Virus record (IMG/VR): IMGVR_UViG_3300023245_000021
Location: 1 to 51,643 of that record
Direction: 5' to 3' (one strand)
DNA from: a virus
Lineage: Duplodnaviria; Caudoviricetes
Length of the DNA stretch: 51,643 nucleotides
Of this stretch, positions 7,964 through 16,015 are shown in pieces. The notes under the pieces are model-generated. The model did not search any database. It had not been told where the DNA came from and saw nothing but the letters and a program-made list of their open reading frames with translations. The translations under genes and the position numbers were made by a program. The stretch's first letter is position 1; each line of letters starts with the position of its first letter.

Positions 7964-8453
7964 AAACTGTATAGAATGTGGCGTAGTCTTAGAAGCACCC
8001 GTCAACTGGTGGCGTTCTTTTGTTGATAAGAAGCACTATAAATGCACTGACTGTTATAATACGCGCCGCACTGAGAATGAAGTCAAGAAGAAATATCAAG
8101 ATGGCGAGCAGCCAAGTTCAAAGCTACTGGCTAAGCTCTTTAAGACTCGACACAAAGCAGAATATGACGACATCAAACACGGCTATGTCTATATCATATC
8201 TAACCCTGCGTGGCCGGGGTGGTACAAAGTGGGCATGGCACTCGACGCAAATGACAGGTGCTCTAGTTATCAAACCTCCTCGCCGCTAAGAGACTATGTA
8301 GTTAGATACTCTAAGTTCTTTGCAGATCGCCGCGAAACAGAAAAGACCGTGCATTTAAAACTTAAAGAACTTGACCTAGAGAACACAAATGAATGGTTTA
8401 AAGGGTCGCTGAGTCTGATCAAACGAACCATCCGACAGCAAAGGAGTAAGTGA
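7950..8453 (+). CDS. T5orf172/MUG113 (GIY-YIG-like) protein with N-terminal Zn finger
   Basis: GYVYIISNPAWPGWYKVGM...R...YQT..P...NEWF. Confidence 0.85.
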   Translation: MKHIKNCIECGVVLEAPVNWWRSFVDKKHYKCTDCYNTRRTENEVKKKYQDGEQPSSKLLAKLFKTRHKAEYDDIKHGYVYIISNPAWPGWYKVGMALDANDRCSSYQTSSPLRDYVVRYSKFFADRRETEKTVHLKLKELDLENTNEWFKGSLSLIKRTIRQQRSK

Positions 8454-8767
8454 TGTCTAGAGTAATTGATGATGATCGTCTAGCCGAAGAGGTACTACTA
8501 GAGTGGCGCTGTGAGGGTAGCCCTCTTGAGTATTTACTTCGGGATCTAAGAAAAGAAACCCCTAACTGGTGGAATGATATAGACATGAAAAACCCAGCAA
8601 CTTGGGTTGATGCGTGGGCTTGGAATTTGGGTGAGCGAGAAAGAGTCCTGATAACGCACCGCCAACATGAGCCTAACCTTGCTGGAATCCGTCTTTACTA
8701 TTCGTCCACAAACCGAACTTATGTTAATGCTACACCCTTTATTAAACCGGAGAAAAATAATGCCTAA
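8453..8767 (+). CDS. Hypothetical protein, distant paralog of 2598/48911 family
   Basis: RVIDDD start, W..D..AWAWN, YVNATP end. Confidence 0.65.
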   Translation: MSRVIDDDRLAEEVLLEWRCEGSPLEYLLRDLRKETPNWWNDIDMKNPATWVDAWAWNLGERERVLITHRQHEPNLAGIRLYYSSTNRTYVNATPFIKPEKNNA

Positions 8768-9620
8768 AGACCTAAACACCTTAGTACCTGACATCTATAG
8801 CCACTTGGAGAAACTTTCTAGCGGCACACCTTTGCCCTTGACAGACGCCGACATCGACCAAGCCGCAGAGGGTATGAAGGCTGCGCTTAAATCTTGGGCA
8901 AACCCCGAAGAGCGAGACACCAACTTCACGGTTCGTATGTCTAATGTTGGCAAGCCTGCGCGTCAGTTGTGGCACCAGAAGCGAGATCCAGAAAGACGAG
9001 GCGGTATTGATGGCCCGACGCAGATCAAGTTCTTATACGGCCACTTGCTTGAAGAGATTGTTCTTATGCTTGTACGCATGGCAGGCCACGAAGTTACCGA
9101 CGAACAAAAAGAAGTCAAGGTAAAAGGCATAGTAGGCCACATGGACTGTAAGATTAATGGCGAGGTGGTTGATGTTAAGACAGCCTCAAGGTTCGCTTTT
9201 AATAAATTCAGAGAAGGGCGCTTAGCCCAAGACGATCCGTTTGGATACTTGGGTCAACTGGCGGGCTACGAAGCAGCAGAGGGTACAGACAAAGGCGGCT
9301 TCTTAGTATTAAACAAAGAGAGTGGCGAGCTGTGCATGTATGTGCCAGATGACCTAGACAAGCCCAACATTAAATCGTCTATAAGCCGCTTGTTGCCTGC
9401 ATTAGAGCTTGACACGCCGCCTGCTTTATGCTATACTCCCATACCTGATGGCAAGAAAGGCAACATGAAACTCCCCAAAGGCTGTAGTTGGTGTAAGTAT
9501 AAGTACAAATGCTATGCAGACTCTAATGACGGAGCAGGCTTGCGGACTTTTAAATATTCTAATGGCAATACTTACTTAACTCAAGTAGTTGCCGAACCCA
9601 AAGTAGAGGAGCTACTATGA
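8760..9620 (+). CDS. PD-(D/E)XK (Cas4/RecB-like) exonuclease
   Basis: GHMD...VDVKTAS; YLGQLAGY; CSWCKYKYKC; ATG 8760 preferred as start. Confidence 0.85.
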   Translation: MPKDLNTLVPDIYSHLEKLSSGTPLPLTDADIDQAAEGMKAALKSWANPEERDTNFTVRMSNVGKPARQLWHQKRDPERRGGIDGPTQIKFLYGHLLEEIVLMLVRMAGHEVTDEQKEVKVKGIVGHMDCKINGEVVDVKTASRFAFNKFREGRLAQDDPFGYLGQLAGYEAAEGTDKGGFLVLNKESGELCMYVPDDLDKPNIKSSISRLLPALELDTPPALCYTPIPDGKKGNMKLPKGCSWCKYKYKCYADSNDGAGLRTFKYSNGNTYLTQVVAEPKVEELL

Positions 9621-9886
9621 ACGGAAGACGAGCCAAACGAATAAGAGCTCATGCGCGGACTATCTTTGTTTCTTGGTTCAAGACATTAGTTAATGACGAA
9701 GAGGGCGCTAAGATCAATACTAAGAACTATGCGGACTATATGCCTCTTCAGACTCACTTCATGGCACATGGCACTATGCACCGCAATGCCTATCATCCTA
9801 AGTGGATAAGAAGCAAGATCCGGCAGCTACTTAAAACCAACCCTAAGCGAACCATAGAAGACATTACTCTAGGAGAGATTAAATGA
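9617..9886 (+). CDS. Basic hypothetical protein
   Basis: GAGGAG SD, ATGA overlap. Confidence 0.75.
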   Translation: MNGRRAKRIRAHARTIFVSWFKTLVNDEEGAKINTKNYADYMPLQTHFMAHGTMHRNAYHPKWIRSKIRQLLKTNPKRTIEDITLGEIK

Positions 9887-10041
9887 CTCAACTGACTATC
9901 GAAGAAATGATCATAGCCACAGGGAGTTTTTTGTACAACGACGCCGCTAATTCTATTACTGATATAGATGCCGAGTTCTTAGCCGACTTGAGGTTGTTGA
10001 TTGACGCTGAGCTAGAGAGACGCGAGGTTACTTTACATTGA
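9883..10041 (+). CDS. 52-aa acidic protein (not in track)
   Basis: Hand-translated MTQLTIEEM...EVTLH; overlaps both neighbours by 4 nt. Confidence 0.7.
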   Translation: MTQLTIEEMIIATGSFLYNDAANSITDIDAEFLADLRLLIDAELERREVTLH

Positions 10042-10505
10042 GTAAAATAAGAAAAGGGTTCCGTAAAGCCAGAGTAACGCGCCCAGTAGAAAAGGATCTA
10101 GTCAAAGGTTACGATTCTAATTGGGAGTATGAGTTGCATACAGGGATTTTAGATAACTGGAGTTTTCATACTGACAAGGTTGCGTACACTATAGATCATA
10201 ATTATCATCCTGATTTTCTCCGCGTGGTTGAGGGCAAGAAGATACTTCTCGAAGCCAAGGGAAGGTTCTGGGACTATGCAGAATACAGTAAATACATCTG
10301 GATTAGTAAAGTGCTGCCGGATGATACAGAATTAGTGTTTCTTTTTGCTAACCCTAGTTCGCCGATGCCTCAAGCTAAGCGCCGAAAGGACGGGACTAAA
10401 AGAAGCCACGGCGAGTGGGCAAGTGCTAATGGGTTTAGGTGGTTTAGTGAAGATAGTATCCCGGACAGTTGGATCAACCCTAAGAAGAGAGAGAGCTTTG
10501 ACTGA
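10038..10505 (+). CDS. Endonuclease I / Holliday junction resolvase (T7 gp3-like)
   Basis: YDSxWE, YHPDF, EAKGRF, EWA..NGF. Confidence 0.9.
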   Translation: MSKIRKGFRKARVTRPVEKDLVKGYDSNWEYELHTGILDNWSFHTDKVAYTIDHNYHPDFLRVVEGKKILLEAKGRFWDYAEYSKYIWISKVLPDDTELVFLFANPSSPMPQAKRRKDGTKRSHGEWASANGFRWFSEDSIPDSWINPKKRESFD

Positions 10506-10623
10506 CATCAGCCGTAAAGACGAAAGACGCGACAGGTTTGTGCGAAAGAAGAAGTTTAAAAAGATTACTTCAAGCGCAAAATTAAAAGAATCTAGGCGTA
10601 AAGAAAAGGTAAAGGCCACATGA
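10498..10623 (+). CDS. Small very basic protein
   Basis: TTG start within track ORF 10345-10623; K/R-rich. Confidence 0.5.
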   Translation: MTDISRKDERRDRFVRKKKFKKITSSAKLKESRRKEKVKAT

Positions 10624-10838
10624 TTAAAAATTGTAGAGAACTTTCGACAAAAATTGAGCAACGGTACAATGCCATTCTTAACTGCGATTACTATGAGATT
10701 ACTACCACTGTCACTCTTAGCGGGAATAGGATTTGGACAGCTACAGCTAAGGGGCCTGTAGATCGTCTAAACACAGATATTGAAGATTACCACACACGAC
10801 ACATGAGAAAATTCCATTTAGAGCATCCACAAGACTAG
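10620..10838 (+). CDS. Hypothetical protein
   Basis: ATGA overlap. Confidence 0.6.
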   Translation: MIKNCRELSTKIEQRYNAILNCDYYEITTTVTLSGNRIWTATAKGPVDRLNTDIEDYHTRHMRKFHLEHPQD

Positions 10839-10848
10839 GAGCAGGACA

Positions 10849-11712
10849 ATGACACGCTTAAATGACGCAACACCCGCAGACTGGGATAGACTTAGAACTA
10901 AGTATCCGGCTATAGAGCCAAGTACTACAGTACCTTTAGAGAAAGGAGAGACACACGAAGACGCACTAACCCGCGCTAATTCTGAAGCAGAAGACGCCCT
11001 CGCAAAACTCCTTGCTACCAACAGTGCCGTAGTAGAGAATCACTTTGAGCCTTGGAGGACAGGCGCAGAAGAAGAGAGTTTAAGAGATATTAACGAACCA
11101 CACACCAAGGCTAAACTTTTAAAAAAGATTGACACGTTATTAGATAGGGCCTCTCTTCTGTTAGATCAGGCGTATGAGGGACACCTAGAAAACCGCCAAA
11201 AGCGAAAGGTAGAAGAAGAGATAACTAGAATCCCATGGCGGCAGGATCACGACGATAAGCAAGACGCGGCCGCGCATTTAGACTGGTCAGATCCTCTGTT
11301 TAGGCTAGGCCCCGGAGCCTCAGATATGGAGTGGAAGCACTTCACGCTACCTTTAAACCCAGACCACAAGACAGACGCTTATCACAGACACATTTTAGAT
11401 TCTGCCGTCTATCAGTTGGAGACGACTATGAACCCCATACTCCCTACAGACGCAGCAGAGCGTAAAGCCATCCCCATATATACAGGCTTTATCAAATACT
11501 TCCCAAGGGCTATAGCGGAGGTGGCAAAGCTAAGTTTAGTCGGCGGCATTCAACACGGGCAGACTGCTGAGACACTACACTGGGATCGAAGTAAGTCCGG
11601 CGATGAGTTAGACGCAATGATGCGACATATACTAGACGGCGATTGGGCGCAAGTAGCATGGCGAGCGATGGCTAATCTTGAGAAGAAAGAAGAAGCAAAG
11701 GAGAAAGGATAA
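10849..11712 (+). CDS. Protein with C-terminal dATP/dGTP diphosphohydrolase (DUF5664-like) domain
   Basis: YFPRAIAEVAK.S..G..QH...LHWDRSKSGDELDAMMRH...AWRA. Confidence 0.7.
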   Translation: MTRLNDATPADWDRLRTKYPAIEPSTTVPLEKGETHEDALTRANSEAEDALAKLLATNSAVVENHFEPWRTGAEEESLRDINEPHTKAKLLKKIDTLLDRASLLLDQAYEGHLENRQKRKVEEEITRIPWRQDHDDKQDAAAHLDWSDPLFRLGPGASDMEWKHFTLPLNPDHKTDAYHRHILDSAVYQLETTMNPILPTDAAERKAIPIYTGFIKYFPRAIAEVAKLSLVGGIQHGQTAETLHWDRSKSGDELDAMMRHILDGDWAQVAWRAMANLEKKEEAKEKG

Positions 11713-11864
11713 TGAAGATAGCCGCTATAGACATAGCATTCCTGATTATGTTTACCCTAAAGCTTCTAACCTTAATATCAATCTCTTGGTGGATTGTATT
11801 TTCCCCAGTGATCCTAAAGTGCGGGATTATCTTAACGCTTAAAGCACTAGGAGAAGAAGTGTAA
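11712..11864 (+). CDS. 50-aa membrane protein (not in track)
   Basis: LKL..LI.ISWWIVFSP; TAATG overlaps on both sides. Confidence 0.65.
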   Translation: MKIAAIDIAFLIMFTLKLLTLISISWWIVFSPVILKCGIILTLKALGEEV

Positions 11865-12091
11865 TGGATGGACTAAAAGGACAGGCAGTTAGGCCACTGC
11901 TGAAGACCCTTGAAGAACACAACAAAGAGGCATATCGTTCACCCTTTGGTGTGACTTTACGCAACGGTATAGCCTGTCCCGACTGCGGCGCAGAGCTGAT
12001 AGACACTAACCCTACAGTGGCATTAGCTGTATACCCACCAAAATACAACACGAACTGTTTGTCCTGTGACTACAGCGGCTACCGATACTAA
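11864..12091 (+). CDS. Zn-ribbon protein
   Basis: CPDCG...CLSC. Confidence 0.7.
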   Translation: MDGLKGQAVRPLLKTLEEHNKEAYRSPFGVTLRNGIACPDCGAELIDTNPTVALAVYPPKYNTNCLSCDYSGYRY

Positions 12092-12109
12092 AAATAAAGA
12101 GGAAAAGTA

Positions 12110-14740
12110 ATGGATCAATATCAAGAATTTATACATCGCTCGCGTTATGCACGTTGGATACCGGAGCTTAACCGCCGCGAGTCTTGGAGTGAGACAGTGC
12201 ATCGTTATGTCAACTTCTGGCTTGAGCGCGAGCAAATCACAGCAGCTGAGGGTAAGAAGATATACAACGCTATCTACAACCTAGAAGTCATGCCGTCTAT
12301 GCGGTGTCTTATGACAGCCGGGCCTGCGTTAGCTAAAGATAATGCAGCAGGTTTTAATTGCGCCTATGCTCAAATTGACTCACCGCGTTCTTTTGACGAG
12401 CTAATGTATATTCTTATGTGTGGCACCGGCAAAGGGTTTAGCGTCGAGCGGAACTTTATAAACGAGCTACCTATTGTCGCCGAGAGCTTTCATACGACGG
12501 ACAGCGTTATTGTCGTTAGCGATAGTAAAAGTGGATGGGCCTCGGCGTTCCGCGAGCTAATAGCCTTGCTGTACGCAGGTAAAATCCCTCAGTGGGACGT
12601 AAGCAGAGTAAGGCCCTCGGGGGCTAGATTAAAAACCTTTGGCGGGAGGGCATCTGGCCCAGAGCCTTTAGTAGATCTTTTTAATTTCTGCGTAGGTATT
12701 TTCCCTAAAGCCAAGGGCCGTAAATTAACCTCTATTGAGTGTCATGATATTTGCTGTAAGATAGCAGACATTGTAGTAGTAGGAGGCGTCAGGCGCTCAG
12801 CGCTTATTAGCCTCTCTAATCTTTCAGACCAACGAATGTCTAAGGCTAAGTCCGGCGACTGGTGGAGAAATGAGGGGCATAGACGCTTAGCCAATAATAG
12901 TGTTGCTTATACTGAGAAGCCTGACTTTCAGTCTTATTTGGCCGAGATGCAAAACCTCTATGAGTCTAAGGCCGGCGAGCGCGGAATCTTTAGTCGTGTT
13001 GCGGCCCAGAAGATAGCCGCTAAGAACGGACGACGCGACGCTGATCAAGACTTTGGCACAAATCCTTGTCTCCATCCTGATTCTCTAGTTCAGACGATAC
13101 ACGGCGTTGTGCGCATAGCAGACATAACCGAGCCTACTAAGGTCTATACTATGCAAGCAGACGGCTCTTTAGGTATACGCGACTGTTCGGCTTCTTGGGT
13201 TAGTAAAAAGAATGCTGCTACGCTAAACATCACCATAGCGTCAGGCAAGGTAGTAAGGTGTACGCCTGACCATAAGATCTTCATAGAGGGCAAGGGTTGG
13301 ATAGAAGCCAAAGACATTCAGATTAAAGACCGTGTTGTTCACTTGGTGCGTAGTCGAAGAGGCGCGGCCTACTCAGGGGTTAAGCTAACAACCCAAGGGC
13401 CTCGGGACTATATCATGGAGCATAGGTTAGTGTGGGCTAGTGAGTATGGCCCTATTCCCGAGTACCACGACATACATCACATAGATGGAGACACATATAA
13501 TAATGACATAGATAACTTAGAGTGTCTTAGCCATAGTGACCATGCCAGACTCACAGCCTTAGAGCAGCCCAACAACCACGCGGTGTGCGGGCTCAGAGAC
13601 CATTCGCCGGGAAGACACGGCAGCTTACAGGGTTTTGTCTCTCCGGCCAACAGTAAGCACGGGGCCAAAACCATAATCCCTATGCCAGAGGAGTTGAAAG
13701 CAGGGTTACATCAGGTGGCTTCAGTGGTTGCTATTAGCGAAGGAGAGACTACAGACGTTTATGACCTAACAGTAGAAGATACTCATAACTTTATAGCAGA
13801 CTTTGTTGTTGTCCATAACTGTAGTGAGATTATACTAAGATCTAATCAGTTCTGTAACCTCAGCGAAGTAGTTGTGCGGGCTGATGATACTGTAAAGACC
13901 CTTAAGAAAAAGGTCGAGATGGCAGCTATCATAGGAACCCTCCAAGCTACGCTCACTGACTTCAGATACTTACGAAAAGTCTGGAAGAAGAACACAGAAG
14001 AAGAGGCGTTACTTGGTGTCAGCTTGACGGGCATCATGGACAATAAACTACTTAATAACTGTACGGATAAACTCAATGAAACACTTGAAAGTCTTAAAGC
14101 AGTGGCTGTTGTTACGAATAAGAAGTGGGCGTCTAAGCTTGGTATCAATCAGTCTGCGGCTATTACATGCGTTAAGCCAAGCGGTACTGTCAGTCAGCTT
14201 GTTAATTCTGCCAGTGGCATTCATCCTCGTTTCAGCAACTATTATATTCGAAGAGTACGCTCGGATAAAAAAGACCCGTTGGCAGTCTTCATGCAAGAAG
14301 CCGGATTTGCCGCCGAAACAGACGTAACCTCTAAGGAGACCCTAGTGTTTGGGTTTCCTATTAAGTCGCCAGAGGGCTCAGTGACTGTAAAACAAGTAGG
14401 GGCCATGCAGCAACTAAAGCTCTGGAAGGCTTATCAGGATCATTGGTGCGAACATAAGCCAAGCATCACTGTCTACTACACCGACGACGAGTTCCTTCAA
14501 GTGACTCAGTGGATCTGGGAGAACTTTGATAGTGTTAGCGGGATTAGTTTATTGCCGGTCAGTGATCATGTCTATCAGCAAGCCCCTTATGAGGACATAA
14601 GCGCCGAAGAGTACGAGCGCTTAGTCGCCGAGATGCCAAGCGGCATAGACTGGAACGACTTGCAGAACTTTGAAACCGAAGATAACACAACAGGCTCTCA
14701 AGAACTTGCTTGCGTAGGAGGTACTTGTGAAATTGTCTAA
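12110..14740 (+). CDS. nrdJ: Class II (B12-dependent) ribonucleotide reductase with intein
   Basis: SRYARW, PSMR, VVVGGVRRSA, GTNP|CSEI, TCVKPSGTVS, C-terminal ACVGGTCE; no beta-subunit gene seen. Confidence 0.93.
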   Translation: MDQYQEFIHRSRYARWIPELNRRESWSETVHRYVNFWLEREQITAAEGKKIYNAIYNLEVMPSMRCLMTAGPALAKDNAAGFNCAYAQIDSPRSFDELMYILMCGTGKGFSVERNFINELPIVAESFHTTDSVIVVSDSKSGWASAFRELIALLYAGKIPQWDVSRVRPSGARLKTFGGRASGPEPLVDLFNFCVGIFPKAKGRKLTSIECHDICCKIADIVVVGGVRRSALISLSNLSDQRMSKAKSGDWWRNEGHRRLANNSVAYTEKPDFQSYLAEMQNLYESKAGERGIFSRVAAQKIAAKNGRRDADQDFGTNPCLHPDSLVQTIHGVVRIADITEPTKVYTMQADGSLGIRDCSASWVSKKNAATLNITIASGKVVRCTPDHKIFIEGKGWIEAKDIQIKDRVVHLVRSRRGAAYSGVKLTTQGPRDYIMEHRLVWASEYGPIPEYHDIHHIDGDTYNNDIDNLECLSHSDHARLTALEQPNNHAVCGLRDHSPGRHGSLQGFVSPANSKHGAKTIIPMPEELKAGLHQVASVVAISEGETTDVYDLTVEDTHNFIADFVVVHNCSEIILRSNQFCNLSEVVVRADDTVKTLKKKVEMAAIIGTLQATLTDFRYLRKVWKKNTEEEALLGVSLTGIMDNKLLNNCTDKLNETLESLKAVAVVTNKKWASKLGINQSAAITCVKPSGTVSQLVNSASGIHPRFSNYYIRRVRSDKKDPLAVFMQEAGFAAETDVTSKETLVFGFPIKSPEGSVTVKQVGAMQQLKLWKAYQDHWCEHKPSITVYYTDDEFLQVTQWIWENFDSVSGISLLPVSDHVYQQAPYEDISAEEYERLVAEMPSGIDWNDLQNFETEDNTTGSQELACVGGTCEIV
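13067..13819 (+). mobile_element. 251-aa intein with HNH endonuclease domain
   Basis: Block A CLHPDSLV; block B CTPDHKI; F/G blocks VYDLTV...HN|C; HHIDGD..NN...NL. Confidence 0.93.
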
Positions 14741-14963
14741 AGGAAAAGAAGCGACTATTATAGGCTTTAAGGTTTTGATAAACTGCGAAGGTGTCATTGT
14801 TACGGAGATTAGCGGTATGCCGGCTGCTGATCTCCATAAGGTCTTTAAAGACAATGAATTGGTCATTATGAGAAACATTGTAAAACTTACGAAACAAAAG
14901 ATAGAGCCGCTGCATCAGTTTTTAGAAGATGAGCTGACTGCGCTAAACCACCCAATAGACTGA
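14727..14963 (+). CDS. Hypothetical protein, last gene of the + strand block
   Basis: AGGAGGT SD, GTG start. Confidence 0.7.
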   Translation: MKLSKGKEATIIGFKVLINCEGVIVTEISGMPAADLHKVFKDNELVIMRNIVKLTKQKIEPLHQFLEDELTALNHPID

Positions 14964-14972
14964 GGAGCTATC

Positions 14973-15221
14973 CTAGCGTTTAGACTTAGCCCCCGAACAC
15001 TGCCAACGCTTGCGAGATAAGTTGTTAGGAGTGTTTGGGTCATTTTGTTTCTTCTTAGATAAACCCTTCTTTATACCCTGACTCCGCGCACAATAGCTAT
15101 CCCCCTTCGCAGTCCCGGCACGTACTCGCGGCCCGCCGTCTTTGGCTTTGCCGGCTTGACCGTAGCTTACTTTCTTTCCACTAGCCGTTATCTTTTCTTT
15201 TGCTTTGCCTTTTTGTGGCAT
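14973..15221 (-). CDS. Small basic phage protein (SYCARS...DPN....SRKRW.C)
   Basis: Motif recognised from memory as common in marine phages (DUF6321-like). Confidence 0.7.
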   Translation of the reverse strand: MPQKGKAKEKITASGKKVSYGQAGKAKDGGPRVRAGTAKGDSYCARSQGIKKGLSKKKQNDPNTPNNLSRKRWQCSGAKSKR

Positions 15222-15243
15222 TGTTATTTTCCTTTCGTAGGTA

Positions 15244-15642
15244 TTATTTTATAATCAGCGTAAACGCCTTGGCCTCTAGCTCAGATCTCATAGCCTTTAA
15301 AGCCTTTAAAGACGACAGCACTGCATCCTCTCCGCCTAAGTGACCGTGCTTTAAACCCACAAGAATACAACCGAGAGTGTCGCGGACTAGATTGCCGGCA
15401 TGAAATAGAATCTCGGTTCGGCCCTCTACGTCCTGTAGGTGCCAGACTTGTACATACTTTCCAGACCCAGAGCTCTCAAGCCAAGTGCATTCATAAGTCC
15501 CTTCGGGGATACAGCTTATGTTTGTTTGGTTGTTTAGCCACGGGCGCTCTAAAGTCTTTAGGGTTTTGCCGGACGGCAGCGATAAGGTGCCTAGAGTTAT
15601 ATACGGCCTATATGTTCGGCTTAGGGTTAAGGTATGTTTCAT
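15244..15642 (-). CDS. DUF5675-type putative endolysin
   Basis: TLERPW.NN...SCIPEGTY; ILFHAGN...TLGCILVG; next to holin. Confidence 0.75.
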   Translation of the reverse strand: MKHTLTLSRTYRPYITLGTLSLPSGKTLKTLERPWLNNQTNISCIPEGTYECTWLESSGSGKYVQVWHLQDVEGRTEILFHAGNLVRDTLGCILVGLKHGHLGGEDAVLSSLKALKAMRSELEAKAFTLIIK

Positions 15643-16013
15643 TTTCCCAAGAGCTTCATAAACTTGGTAGCCCCTTTAACTCCAAAGGATGCAGTGACGC
15701 CTACGCCCAGTAGATATTGATACCAAACCGGAAGGGTGCTAAGGACTGCAAAGCCTGACTTTACTCTGGCAATAATCTCAGGGTCATTAGTCAGCGCACC
15801 GTACATGATTAATATCATCGGCAGGGTTAATAGCAGTATTAAGTATTCGTCTTTCCAAGAATCCCCCGAGGCTTCGGCCATCTTAGTTTCCCAATCAGCC
15901 GCGTTGTTTATAGTACTGAGCTGTCGTTCGTGGGTGGCTTGGGCTTTCTCTGCTTTGTTCTTTAGCCAACCCCCAAGGAGTCCTGTTACTGACGAGACTA
16001 TAGAGCCTATCAT
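15639..16013 (-). CDS. Putative 3-TM holin
   Basis: SWKDE motif, LP.WYQYLL...V.ASFG, hydrophobic segments. Confidence 0.7.
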   Translation of the reverse strand: MIGSIVSSVTGLLGGWLKNKAEKAQATHERQLSTINNAADWETKMAEASGDSWKDEYLILLLTLPMILIMYGALTNDPEIIARVKSGFAVLSTLPVWYQYLLGVGVTASFGVKGATKFMKLLGK

Positions 16014-16015
16014 TT

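Noticed and set aside
8760-9620. Cas4 implying a CRISPR system
   Set aside because: A stand-alone PD-(D/E)XK exonuclease in its usual replication-module position, with no other cas genes
10849-11712. Z-genome (2-aminoadenine) pathway
   Set aside because: No purZ or datZ-like gene recognised in the window
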